Shown here: piece by piece, positions 1 to 13,036 of the stretch
Position numbering within the stretch: position 1 is the first letter of the stretch
How the letters are laid out: each line of letters begins with the position of its first letter
DNA from: Takakia lepidozioides
Lineage: Eukaryota; Plantae; Bryophyta
Assembly: GCA_030704615.1 (NCBI GenBank)
Contig: CM060734.1
Location: 55,800,001 to 55,864,000 of the forward strand
Length of the DNA stretch: 64,000 nucleotides
Reading direction: 5' to 3'
Notes under the pieces: generated by a model
Databases searched by the model: none
What the model saw: the letters and a program-made list of their open reading frames with translations, nothing else
Told to the model about the DNA's origin: nothing
Made by a program: the position numbers and the translations under genes

Positions 1-1499
1 CAATGACAGAGACCGGTTATAGACATTCATCCTTCAGATTTGACTATTTGGGAATATCAGTGGATTACTGCCACACAATTTCAAAGAATCTGTCAGACTT
101 TTACATTATTCAATCAGAAAGCAGTATACCCTGAGAAGGAGCTAACCACAGAGTACTTACTTCGGGTCTGATAGGAAGTTCAAACAGATGTGGAATACAA
201 ACTACTTCACCACCTGTACTCAGATTTGATACGGCCCCATCAAAACCACTAGTGAGAGAAACATGGTAGTCAAAATGGGCAGGAAGATATGGATTGTTTC
301 AAAAGGTTGCACCATGACACACCCACACTAAAGCCATTGGAGGATGGCGGTGCATGTGAAACCATTAAGGCTGCAAGATAGCATGTTTTACCTGAAGGTG
401 CAGTGCATAGCCCACATTCTTGTGCATTCGTTGGTAAAGATCTGCTTTGACTCACATTGAGGGATACAGTGATGCACATACCTCGGAACCCCAGCCCTGG
501 CCAAAAGGTAGTAGCGCTTCCCATCAGCTTCGAAGAAGCACATATTCTCCACTACTGCACGGAACCTGGGCACAAAAAACATCACCTATATGCGGGATGG
601 ATTCTTACTTCTGCAAAGGTGTCCTAGATAGTCATCACTGGCCAGGACATGATCCAGTTAGTGAGTGAAGACTAAAAATGGAACAAACAGACCCCTTTAT
701 ATTAAAGTATCGGAGCAGTCCAAAGAGCTGCTAACAACTCTATGGCAATCGCAAACATGATTTGAAATCCTTGTTTGATGACCTCAAATGGACTGGCAGC
801 TGCTGGACTTTCTCTGTTTGGAAAGTAAACATCATCAAAGCATTACTTATGTGCCCACAAAAAGACTCAAATGTTCAAGCATTCAAAACCTTCTAAAGTT
901 ATAATCTCTTCATCCCCATGTTGAAAAAGTCTCACAATTTCTAGAAGCACCCCTAGGAAGGAATGTACCATGGTATGCTATGCCACACTAGCCTCAGGGC
1001 TTGGTTAATTTGGGTTGGGCAGAAAGCTAGTTGCAGGGAAAAATACTTAGAAAGAATGAGGCTCAATGATATGAGAAGTTGGGTAGTAAATGGCTTCCCT
1101 AGCAATCCATCAATGATGAAATTGAGTTCCAAATGCCCCTAAGGGAAAACCCTCACCACCTCCAAAGAAGAGTTCCGTATGGCTCCTCTTTGTGAAATAG
1201 TGGAATCTTCTTTCATCCTACTAAACTTGAAAGTTCATCCATTTATTTTTCATACATTGTTCGATAACAAATATGTTACTTGAGGGAGGTGTTTATCTCG
1301 AGAAGGCACATCATGGCAGCAAAGAGGTGACACCTGGGAAAGGCACAGGGAGGAGCGATTGTGGGTCTCCTATTTATAATAAAGAGGCCCAATCTATATA
1401 TGAAGCGAGAGTTTGTTTTGATGTTCAATAGAGAAAGTGTGGTCAAAGGATTGGTGTGTTGTGATGCCCCTTACTCTCACCTTATGCTTATGTTTTGCC

Positions 1500-2100
1500 A
1501 AAGCAAGAGAGCCTATCGCTATGTTTAGGCTCGTTTTGTTTTGTAACGTCGTTGAGATCTCCCAACCGCGGGTCCCACCCCTGGTGCTTGGTGCCCTTGG
1601 AAAGCCCTTGATGAGGAGGGTGCACCGGCTTGGTCTCATGACTTTTGGACCTGCGTGTGGGAGATTTGGAATTTCAAGTACTTTGGGTAGCTGGAAATTC
1701 GCGAAAAATAGCAAAGTAGGCTTTCTGGGAGCAATGATTGGCCCTTCACGTTGGAGATTTGGAATTTCAAGTACTTCTGGTCATTGGAAATTTGCGAAAA
1801 AGCAAAGTGGACTTTGTTGGAACAATGATGTGGGGATCTCCCAAACTCTAAGTCTCTAGATGCATAAGGGATTGCATTTGAACTTAGATCACATTGGACA
1901 CCGGAGGTCACACTTGGGTCTCTACATGGGAGGATACATATGAGATTGCACTTGGGTTTTTTTTTCAATTCTTCACACACGTAGTAATGGCACAGGTTAC
2001 CCTAGATCTCCCAAACTCCAGAGTCTCTGGATACAATATTGGGGATTGCACTTGGACTTAGATGACATTGGACACTTGGCCAACGGCATAGGCTACCCTA
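1500..2100. repeat. Repeat remnant with internal direct duplications
   Basis: GGAGATTTGGAATTTCAAGTACT..GGAAATT.GCGAAAAA.AGCAAAGT occurs at ~1660 and ~1754. GGGATTGCA.TTG.ACTTAGAT.ACATTGGACAC occurs at ~1868 and ~2042. Confidence 0.45.
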
Positions 2101-2467
2101 GTAAACATTATAGAACAAGATAACCCATATCTTTTGTGGAGGTAACTTTTCCCCTAAAGATAATAATCAACAGTTGGGGTAGTTTCCAAAAAGACCCCTT
2201 CGATAAGCCTCTTTGTTCTAAATGGTTAAGAGTTGTTGGGGGTTTGTACCTTGCCTCTACCCAACCTACGTCATCTAGGTTCAAAGTGTCCACCTTCCAA
2301 TGTTAGGCAGTAGTCCCTTGGGTTGAAGAGGACACTTTAATTTACGCTTCCTCCGGGAGGTGACATCCTTTTGTTGGAAACAAGTAGTTTTATAAGGTTC
2401 TCTTCATTGTTGTTCATTGTTTTTCTTATGTTCTTTACATACACATTTTTGCCTTCTCATTTTTTAA

Positions 2468-2990
2468 TATTAGCATTTTCAATGCACCTATGGGCCCCGC
2501 CAGTACGGCCCATCCATGGCGTGAGCTCATAAGCCCACTGCCCATTCACCGGGTAGGCCAGATTCTGAATTTTTTTCGAAGTCCTTGTTCATCTACCGCG
2601 GCGGACCTTCTAGCGGACTGGGCAGACCCTTTAGCATACTAACTCCAACCGTCGAGCGGACTAACAGACCCTCCAACCTTCGAGCAGACTAGTAGACCCT
2701 TCAACAAAATATATATTTAATAACACACATCATTACCATGGTACAACCGGACAAGATTTGAACACCAAATCTCTTACTTATTTTTCTATGTTTTTAACCA
2801 CCACAGTACCCATCACTTTCTGCAAACTATTGAAATATCTAATGTTTTATGTGCATATTTATGTGTTTTGTGGCCCCAGCAGACTCGCTTGCCCTAGCAG
2901 ACCTTGTAGATTGGTTGGGTCCGGGTAGGGGCGCTCCCACCCTTCGCGACCCCTCTGCCACACGCGGGCCCGCCACAGAAGACGCTAATA
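2468..2990. mobile_element. MITE-like element with imperfect TIRs
   Basis: The left end TATTAGCATTTTC resembles the reverse complement of the right end, TATTAGCGTCTTC. Sub-termini are GC-rich with repeated GCGGACT..CAGACCCT. No clean TSD. Confidence 0.4.
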
Positions 2991-5900
2991 TCAAACAATG
3001 AGAAGCTACAATTTTTTCCTAGAATTTGAAGAATTAAATCTTAAATTATTGAAATCCTTTTAGATTTTTCCTTAATAGAGTGCTTTTGTGAAAGACTGGT
3101 CCAGCCGCACTGTAATGTGCACAATATTGGTTATATTTACACATTGGAACACTACCTCTTTGAGTGCAATTATGCCATGCAAGTATTGGAGGTGGTAGAT
3201 GGGGGAAATACATGGGTTGAAGAGCTTCAAAAAGTTTTTATAAATATTACATTATTCTTTTTTGTGTACAACTGAGATCGTGTACTGCTATATGACCATA
3301 TTTGATCAAACATAACCTAAGTTCAATGAATAAAGGTGTGGTTTCTTTGACATGTGAGGCATGTGGTATTGGTTGCTTGCACATATTCCAGTTGTCCAAA
3401 TCCATTAAGTTGATAATCTTTTGCCAATGCCATTTGAAGTTTTCTTCTAGTTGATTTTAAGTCTGTTACTAAAGAACAATGTTTGGATGGTCATTCTATA
3501 TTTGATATACTATTATGTGTGAGTCATCAACAACCTTGATTTGCACTTTTGTTTTTTATATAATTTTTGTGTGAGCGTAAAAGAATATTTTGATGGTGTC
3601 ATGCTTTATCGATGCATTAATGATTATGTTGATTCATCATCAAATTTATCCTTATTAATAAGGATTTGTGGATGCCCTATAACCAACCTATATGTCAGAG
3701 ATCATTTGAGTTTGAATTGGTGAAAGACAAGTGAAATCAATATGTGGGTGTCATTCATCTCAGTTCACAATCATCTCGTTCAAATGAAGCGACTCAAAGT
3801 TTGTATTGTCTACCTTATAAATGGGTCGGGATATTCACAATTAGTTTATTATATCATGTTTTGCGTTCCTCTCACGAGCTCTTTTGTTGTCTAATGTTTT
3901 TATGTTACACTCTCTTGCACATATCTCATGTTCAGTAGTATTTTACACAACAAGCACGTCATTGTGATACCGAACAGAAATTATAGGTCCCTACACATTG
4001 CGTGAAAGTTGCCATCAGCTCCTCTACAATGTAAAAATTACATGACACATCTACATCTTCTTGCTAAATGGTCATCCACCTTTATTTTTTAGCTTGTTAA
4101 ATGTAGATAATGATGAAAATAATCGTATATTTCTTTATTTTCTCCTTAGGATTGTCAATCAAAATCCTCTTGTGTCCCCACCTCACAAACCATACTTTGT
4201 ATAAAGAATGTCAATGTTAATGAAAATGATCACATGAATCAAATTTGCATTTTCCTATGATGATTGATAAACAAAAACGTGCTAAGCACAATGAGTTTGA
4301 GTGTGGGGCAAATACTTACCTTCAACAAACACATGTTGAATTTCCACAACCTTGGACTTGTTCAGTTAGAGAGAGGGCCTAAGAAGATTTATCCTTTGAA
4401 GGAAGAGAGGTGGAGAGTCTACAGAGAGCGGAAGCGTGCGCTAGACCCAGAAGTAAGGTTGGCCAAGATGTTGGCAGGCAAAGAAAAATATTGGGAGATT
4501 GAGTGGGAGGAGCAGCAAAGGTTGGACGAAGAGAAAGTGGAGAACATTCCCCCCATGCCCGCTATCCTTCCTCACAGAACCTGAGGACTATAAGCTCATG
4601 CGCATGGTGAACGATCAAGAGTGACCCTTGAGGAGGACTTCACCTAAGGCTGCGATATGTTGAAGAGCTACCAAGAGACATAGGTTGGAAAGAGGGCTAC
4701 ACGGATAATGAAGTGCAGTCCCTCACAGAGAAGATGAAAGATTTGGCACAGACTATTTAAACCTCGAATACGGAGGAGCAATAACAGAAGCTGCGATTTG
4801 ACGCAGTGTAGGAGTTTGTTGAATACATGGGCTGGTACGAGCTATATATGCAGTGCGAAAGGAAGTTGAGCATTGAAGATCCAAAGAAGACCGAGGAACG
4901 CAAAAAAGCTTTCTTAAGGAGCAAGAATGGAGAAAAAAATTATTTACCTATCTAAACTCCAAGATTATAATCCGAGTTTTCCAAAGCGTGTATGACTTTC
5001 TTTTGCAGAATAAGATGATATACGATCAAATTAAAAAGGTCATCATCTCATATTGAAAACTGGATGATTGAAAATTTATATGATCAACAGTTTGGTCACA
5101 CATCAACTCCTGAAACTCTGAATCGGGTTCTAACACCACATTCATCTTAGTAGGGATACCTGAATAGTGGCGCCAAGAATAATCCCAAGTAAATAGTTCG
5201 GGCTCAGAAGGGCAGCAATGGCCATCATAATACTCTCCACCACCAATATGGTTGCAAGTAAACATAACACAAAGTATGCAAAGTGATCAACACCTGGGTG
5301 CAACTGGATCAAATAATATGCAATGAGCGAGGACAGTACTTATATCAACATCAGAAATGGCAGTGAGTTTTTGCAATCACAAATTGTTTGCAATCGCAAT
5401 CCTAAAGCTTCTTCTGTTCTTGTTCTACATATTCTGTACATGTTTTGATCAATGAAAATCCGAAACCTCAAAACAGGAGGCACGCATTGTGGCCATGACC
5501 TAGGCGTCATCTTTCTTCTCAACTAACTTTCCAAAATGCTCAACGAGCTTTCCAAAATGCGACACCATGGTGCGCTGGTTACTTGAAGCTGCATGCTCTG
5601 CATCAAAGGTTGCATTTACTTTTGACTGTAAACTAGACACATTGTAGTTGTATCCAAGGTGTTCGTTAAAGACTTCACAAATCGATTACTGCAATATTTG
5701 AGGATTCTGATTCTTGAGGCAACATTTTAGACTTGGAATGGAGGATCTAGTTTTCAGAATCTTTTTAGAAATTTCAGTTTGAGTTTGGCTGAATTTCCGA
5801 TCATGTACTTAGACTTTTAGTCCGAAATCTTCATCTGGAGTTCTTATGTTTCATGAATTTTAATTAGTGTAACACCGTGTTCCAACTTGTTGATCGCATA

Positions 5901-7152
5901 AGGTTTTCCTCCTCATGGATTTTGTCCCATGAGAGGTTTTTCACCCTGGGATGATGAGGAACACCATGGCGAGGTATCTGCCTTATATTTTACCTCGCAT
6001 GAGCTTCAAGGGGATGTCTTCACATATGATGTCTTCACATATGTGATGCCCCATGATTGTGATGCTTTGGTGCTTTATCATCATGAATCTATCAAGCTCA
6101 TCCTTTGCATTTAGTAGTCAATGGCATAGTACCATTATATTTGGCTTGTGACGCTACGTGTACAACTAACCTTGGTGAAGATGTATATAGCTACCTCGTG
6201 AAGACGGTTTCATCAGGCTTCATGGTTTAAGCTAGGACATGATGCAATTTTGGGTAACCTATGTGGTGTTGCTGGGCGTTGGCTCATCTCAACCTAAGGT
6301 TGTGGGTATTCCTCATAGGAATAAAGGGGTCCATTCTCGTATACATTGCTATATAGATGTGCTGTTCCTTGTGCATGTTTGACGTTCAGTCATCTTGTGA
6401 TCTGCTCCTCTACGTGCACCTCTGTCTCTGCTTTGCATTTGCATGCTGTTCATTGAGTTACTCACCCTAAATTGAGCTATGCTGCACGAGGACAGGAGAA
6501 CCTCATCCAAGCTCGAATAGACGTCTTCACAAGAGTGATCCCTCTCAAGTTTTCAAAAACTTCTGAAATGTTGTGAAGGACTGAAATGAAGAAAAATGGT
6601 AGTTGAAAGATAACAATGACATGGATCCAAGGAAACGAATGAATGGTTAGAAAGAGGGATGAAATGGTTTGGTGGATGCCTGAGTTGGACATGTATGACA
6701 CTATGTATGTCACAGTGGATAATTACTTGTGTCATTGTACTGTAAGAAGCTGAGAGCCAGCATAATTGGAGGGGAGAGAGAAGAGGGGGAGGAGGAAGAA
6801 AGAGAGAGAGAAAGGATTCTGAAGTCCACACTCTGAGATATGCATCTTCCCTCTGAACAGTTTGGTTTGAAATACTACGTAAGAGAGGGACAGTGTGTGA
6901 GTGTGAGTGTGAGTGTTTCTTTGAAGGTGGGTAGCTCGGCCACTTTAGTTTGACAGCAGTCAGAAGTTTGCTCAGGTTGCTGAACCTGACAGCATTTCTC
7001 GGTTTTGCACGGGTGCGATTGAGGTGTTTGATTGGGAAAAAATAGGGTGACTTGTTTGTATGACTTTCTGTGCTTTTATGTTTGTCCGTGTGTGAGTGTT
7101 GGAGAAAGGGACAGAGCTGAACCGTTTGTCCAATATTGGGCTTGGCATCAAG

Positions 7153-10100
7153 ATGGGCACCACGCGCAAGTTGCAGGTGGTCACTCCAGTTCCCGCTGAT
7201 ATCGACGTAGCCAATTCCGTGGAGCCGCTGCCCATTTCGGAGATCGCCCATGAGCTTGGCTTGCAAGCGGAAGACTTTGAGTACTATGGGCCTCGCAAGG
7301 CGAAGGTAATTACCTCCCCGTTTCTCCTTCTGTTTGTGCTTGGTTTACCTCTACTTTTTCAGCATTGCTTACTCAATGCCAGATCTGCAGTGTGGGTGCC
7401 TTCATTCAATCCGATGGTCTTTTCTTCCTCAATTTCATAAATTCCAGTCCTTTCCGGTCTTGAATATGAGGGATTCTTTCAGAGCGGAATTCAACCATTG
7501 CGTCTCAAGCTTCTCTGTAGTAGGATCTAAATTGAAATGACACATTATGCTCAATCTTCTTGTCATGAAGTTTGACGCTGATTCTTAAGTGATAACACTC
7601 AAAATCTTCAGGCTTCCACACCGATTTGGGACTGTAGTTGGGTGGATAGACAGGCTTATATTGGGGGATGCTCCAATATGCTGACAACTATAATCATTCA
7701 TTTACCTCAATTGTTTAGGTCTAAGAGTCTGAACATCTCTTCCTACCAACTGGTCTTACCACTGTGTCCCTGGAGCTATAATCTTCAGCACAAATTATCT
7801 CAATAGGCAGACCCTTATTCCTGAAAACACATCACCAAGAAATCAACTGTATCTCCTGGGTGGATATGGTCAGTAGGGTGAAAATCAAAACTTGCTTTGT
7901 GACTGCAGGTTCTTCTCTCTGCCCGTGATCGTTTGAGAGACTCGCCTGAAGGGTATTATGTGGTTGTTGGTGGCATTACACCCACTCCGTTAGGGGAGGG
8001 AAAGTCCACCACAACCGTTGGCTTGTGTCAGGCACTCGGGGCTCACCTTGGAAAAAAGGTATGCAAATTGAACTATGCTCAGGATTGGACTTTGTCTCTG
8101 ACTTCCACTCTAGATGTTTCTCATCTGCAGCGGAGTATTGTGAATCTGCTCTGGAGCCTGGCAGGTCATGCAGGCATTGTCCACCTGATTCCATGCTAGA
8201 TTTCTTCAAACTTAATAGTGATGGTCTCAAGGTGCTGAAATGCTAGTGGTTGAGTAACAGACAGGATTGAAACCCTGTGTGAACTGTTGATGATGGGGAA
8301 CACAAAGGTTCTTCTTGTTGTGCTTCTCATAGTCACCTAACCTCAATGTATGGACCTTTGAAGGTAGAGGACCCTCTGTAACTCCCCTGCGAGGAGATGT
8401 ATGTGCAGGTAATGACATGTCTGCGTCAGCCAAGCCAGGGCCCCACATTTGGAATCAAGGGAGGGGCAGCAGGAGGGGGCTATAGCCAGGTTATTCCCAT
8501 GGACGAATTCAACCTCCATATGACAGGCGACATTCATGCCATCACAGCAGCCAACAACTTGCTTGCAGCAGCAATAGATGCCCGTGTCTTTCACGAGGCC
8601 ACACAGTCAGACAAAGCACTTTTTAACAGACTCTGCCCTGCCACTAAAGAAGGAAATCGTACATTTGCCAAGGTGATGCTGAAACGCTTAAAAAAACTGG
8701 GCATTCTGAAGTCCAACCCCAATGATCTAACCCCTGATGAAGTAAAGCGGTTTGTACGGTTGGATTTGGATCCAGCTCAAATCACCTGGAAGCGAGTACT
8801 GGATGTGAATGACCGTTTTCTCCGGAAAATTACTGTAGGACAGGGTCCTGACGAGAAAGGCATGACAAGAGAGACAGGTTTTGATATTGCAGTTGGAAGT
8901 GAAATTATGGCTGTATTGGCACTTACAACCTCTCTTGCAGATATGCGAGAGAGACTAGGCAACATGGTGGTGGGAACTAGTCGTGGGGGAGATCCTGTCA
9001 CAGCTGATGACCTAGGCACTGGGGGGGCACTCACTGTGCTTATGAAGGATGCCATCAATCCCACGCTGATGCAGACCTTGGAAGGCACTCCGGTGCTAGT
9101 GCATGCAGGGCCGTTTGCCAACATCGCCCATGGAAATTCATCGATTGTTGCAGACCAGATTGCGCTGAAACTTGTGGGGCCCGGCGGTTTTGTGGTCACT
9201 GAGGCAGGATTTGGGGCAGATATTGGCACAGAAAAGTTCATGAATATCAAGTGTAGGTACAGTGGGCTAAAGCCCCACTGTGCAGTCATTGTAGCCACAG
9301 TAAGGGCGCTAAAGATGCATGGTGGGGGCCCTGAGGTTGTTGCTGGAAGGCCACTGGACCATGCTTACAAGACAGAGAATTTGGAGCTGGTGAGAAAAGG
9401 GTGTGCTAATCTGGCCAAGCATATTGAGAACACGAAACTGTATGGTGTCAACGTGGTGGTTGCTGTCAATGCTTTTGCTACCGATACAGACGATGAGCTT
9501 GCAGCAGTAAAGGAGGCATCCATAGCAGCTGGTGCGTTTGATGCAGTTATCTGCACTCATTTTGCACATGGAGGTGCCGGTGCGGTAAGCCTCTGTCTCT
9601 GACTCGGCAAACAACTTCTCATGAGTACGTTCTCTTATTTGGAAGACTGAAATGATACCCTTTCGCCAGAGGTGGATGCCATTGTCAATTTGTAGACAAC
9701 AGAGAAGAGCCTGGAAACTACCGTTGCATTACATTTCTTAGCGCATTTGACAAGCTGTTGTGAAGCTGACTTGGAGGCTGAAGTGTCTACGGTCACGTCG
9801 GAAGCACGAAGACAAAATCTGTAGGCTGAGCCTAAAGCCCTGGCCCTGTTGGATCTGATTTCTGGGCAGCTCACATAAGCAGATTGATGCTTGTGTGAAG
9901 GGCTTTCTAGAGGAATCTGGAAAGCCTGAACTAATTGTTCATGTCAAGGTAAGTCCCACTACTGGAGTGAGCCCCTCACAAAGGTAGTGTCTGCTCCTGT
10001 TGTTCTGCCCATGGGGTCTATGGCCACAAGTCTATGGAAAACAACGTCTAATGAGTACATTCTCTCTCTCTCTCCCTCTTGTTGACATGTAATGCTTCCT

Positions 10101-11317
10101 AAAGCCTGCAAGTACTTCTGAGCATTTTGTATAGAACTTCTGTACAAACATGAGAACTACTACAGCGATGTTTACTCGAGACACCTCTTCAGTACTGAAA
10201 ACCTTGCTTTGAAACAAGTGTTGATTGGCTTGTGCAGGTGGGCTTGGGCAGTGCCGTGCAGAAGGCATGCGAGCAGCATGATGGAGGATTCAAGTTTTTG
10301 TACCCACTCACCCTCAGCATCAAGGAAAAGATTGGGATGATTGCGGTTTCTTATGGTGCCGATGGTGTTGAGTTCTCACCTGAGGTGAGACTTTCTCTGC
10401 TCTACAACATACTTCCCAAGTGCTTTCTTCCCTCACTGTCAACACGTGCAAACCTGAACTTTGTGCACAGTGTATGCACATTCTCTTAGATAGACAAAAG
10501 TACACTTTACCATGTGAGGCATAGTAATTATTTATTTCAACATCAAGAACACTGGTTCTGAACTGATGTAGAAGATGACCACCACATTTGAGTACAGCTT
10601 AGACCTAGAAACTATTTGAATGGGTTCCTACAATTCCGTGGACACTGACAAACTCTTTAGCCAAGCCAATGCTAAATTATAGTGGTAAGTTGCCCAAGAG
10701 CACACCCTTCATTTGTCCTCAGTGCTGGTGGATTTCTTGGCTTACTACTGCGAATCAATATCTTTGCTGTAGCAGTCAAGTGTCCCAGCTCTCATAATAT
10801 AAAGGTGGTGAACATTAAGGTGTACTCAGGGTAGATGCATCATCTCACAAAATTGTTGGGGCCAAAATAAATGACTGGTCAATCCAGGAATCATGTCCTT
10901 TGCATGTTGTTGTTGATCTTCGGCCATGTCAAGGTGAAGGCATCGGCACCCACCCTTTTTGCCAGTACTTTCTGACAGCTTGTTGTAGGATATGGAGGAA
11001 AGGCTCTATTTTGTCTCATATGTCAGGCACTTCATTTGCAGGCGGAGAAGCAGATTGAGACATATACGAGGCAAGGCTTTGCTGATTTGCCTATCTGTAT
11101 GGCAAAGACACAATACTCATTCTCCCACAATGCTGCTGCAAAAGGTGTTCCAAAGGGTTTTGTTCTTCCCATTCGAGATGTGAGGGCAAGCGTAGGTGCG
11201 GGATTTATCTACCCCTTGGTTGGTGCGATGAGCACCATGCCTGGCTTACCAACCCGCCCTTGCTTTTTCGACATTGATTTGGATCTTGAGACAGGCAAAG
11301 TCTTGGGTCTGTCATAG
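7153..11317 (+). CDS. FTHFS: Formate--tetrahydrofolate ligase (10-formyl-THF synthetase), 5 exons, 633 aa
   Basis: Exons 7153-7305, 7909-8058, 8409-9584, 10238-10384 and 11042-11317. All introns are GT-AG and phase 0, and the exons join into one ORF. Motifs: [12 protein letters not shown] (P-loop), [65 protein letters not shown]. Confidence 0.97.
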
Positions 11318-13036
11318 TTGTTTCTTGGTTACACCACTGAAGGAGGTGTCATAGCTTGATGAACATGAGGCTTGATCAGAAGCAGCAACGACGATGTTGA
11401 GAAGCTGATAAAACACTAAGAACAATTCAGACTTCTTAAATGCCATCCATGTGACACTAAATTGTTTGGGATCAGATTTGTTTCTGGACCCTAATTATTT
11501 TCTCTTGATTAACTCAACAATCGCATGTAATGACATTCTGGACACGAGTCATTCACTGAAGTTAACAGCTTACCTTCAAAATTTGGGCAGCAAGTAGCAG
11601 GCATTGGCAAGCAGCTCCAGGCACGGAGTGCCCTGGACTAACTACTGTAAGAGCATGTACTTAAAGTCGCTGGTGAGGTGACATTGTTTTTGGAAAGCAG
11701 CAGGTAGATTGCTAGCAAAAGTCGTTGGAGCTGCAAACCCAAATAGTTCCTCCAACTGAAACACATCCAGAACTGACTTTGGCAGCAGTTCTAATACTTT
11801 TCACACCTCTAGTGTACTTAACTCTTAGTAAGGGGTAAGAGGATGCTATGAAAACTACGAGACAGATCAGAACTTAGTGGGAGCGAGCAGCTAGCCTGAT
11901 CTTTTTCTCTCTTTGGTCGTGGACTGATTGAATGCAACTTGGGAATGAGCAGACTGCCATGGTGAAAGGAAGAAAAGCAGCACTTTGCATTCCCCATGAA
12001 GCCCTGGTTCTCCTCCCTCCAGCTTGAGCTCAAAACTGACCATTGTGACTACGCAGCGACATTTACTGTTAGACAGTTCAATGGAAGCAATGGAAGCAAG
12101 GCAAGTACACTTCTGCAAGCTCTGATAAGTCAAAACTAGTACACCCTCTTTGTATACCACACGGTGAAAGCAATCTGCATGTATGTACTGAAAGAATGTT
12201 GTGTGAAATTTGACCGACACAAATGTCAGTTATTTACATACTAGTATCTCAGTGACTTCACCAATGCCCCGATGAAGGACTTCAAACTTAGTCATTTGGG
12301 CTTCTGACAGGCTAAGTGAATTTACAGACCCACCTAAAATCTCTGTGGCTTTTCCTATGGACTTGCCAAGATATTTCCTGATTTTTCCAAGATTGACTAA
12401 CCTCTATCAAAGCCTCCGCCTTTGGATAACTGTCCATGTCTCAGTACTAAGACTACAATCTTGAGCCGTGCTGCAGCATTGCATTTTGTTGAGCCAGAAT
12501 GCAGCAAGAAACTTCCCACTTGGAGTGACAGACAGTGGCTGATCCCTCATGAAATACATATATCACTACAAAACTTCACAAATTCCATGCCCCGGAAAAG
12601 AATTATGCCAGTATCCAGGGGCAGATCCCTTAAAAGATGGAAGGGATGTGTTGAAGCATTTACTCAACATTGTATGATACAGGGCACGGAAGGGAGGGGC
12701 AGTCCTGGCTTAAGCAAAGTATCAATGTTTCGAAACAGCTCTCTATGGTTTTGTATGATCTTCCTCCATGACTCAGACTCCATCGGTGCAGTGCATACTT
12801 GAGACTGCTCGATGCTAAGATCTGGCGCAGTAACGTATCCAAACGTGCTTGGCTTTGCATCAAAGCATGCAAAGTTTTGTCGGACGACACACCACACACC
12901 TTGAAGAGGATTACATCCATAGGTAACATGAGCCACTTCTTGAACGCTGAATTTCCAATGGGAAGGTCGGCACTTTAATTATGTCCCCCTGCTTTTCTTG
13001 ATAGTCCAAAGCTAGGGAAGAAGAAAGGGAAGGGTC

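Noticed and set aside
1-1300. Possible gene remnant at the window start
   Set aside because: All frames are interrupted and I recognise no motif.
6553-7266. 237-aa minus-strand ORF overlapping FTHFS exon 1
   Set aside because: Non-ATG start, runs through GA/GT microsatellite promoter sequence, and has no domain.
8777-9298. 173-aa ORF antisense to FTHFS exon 3, and similar shadows over other genes
   Set aside because: Antisense shadow of a conserved coding exon.
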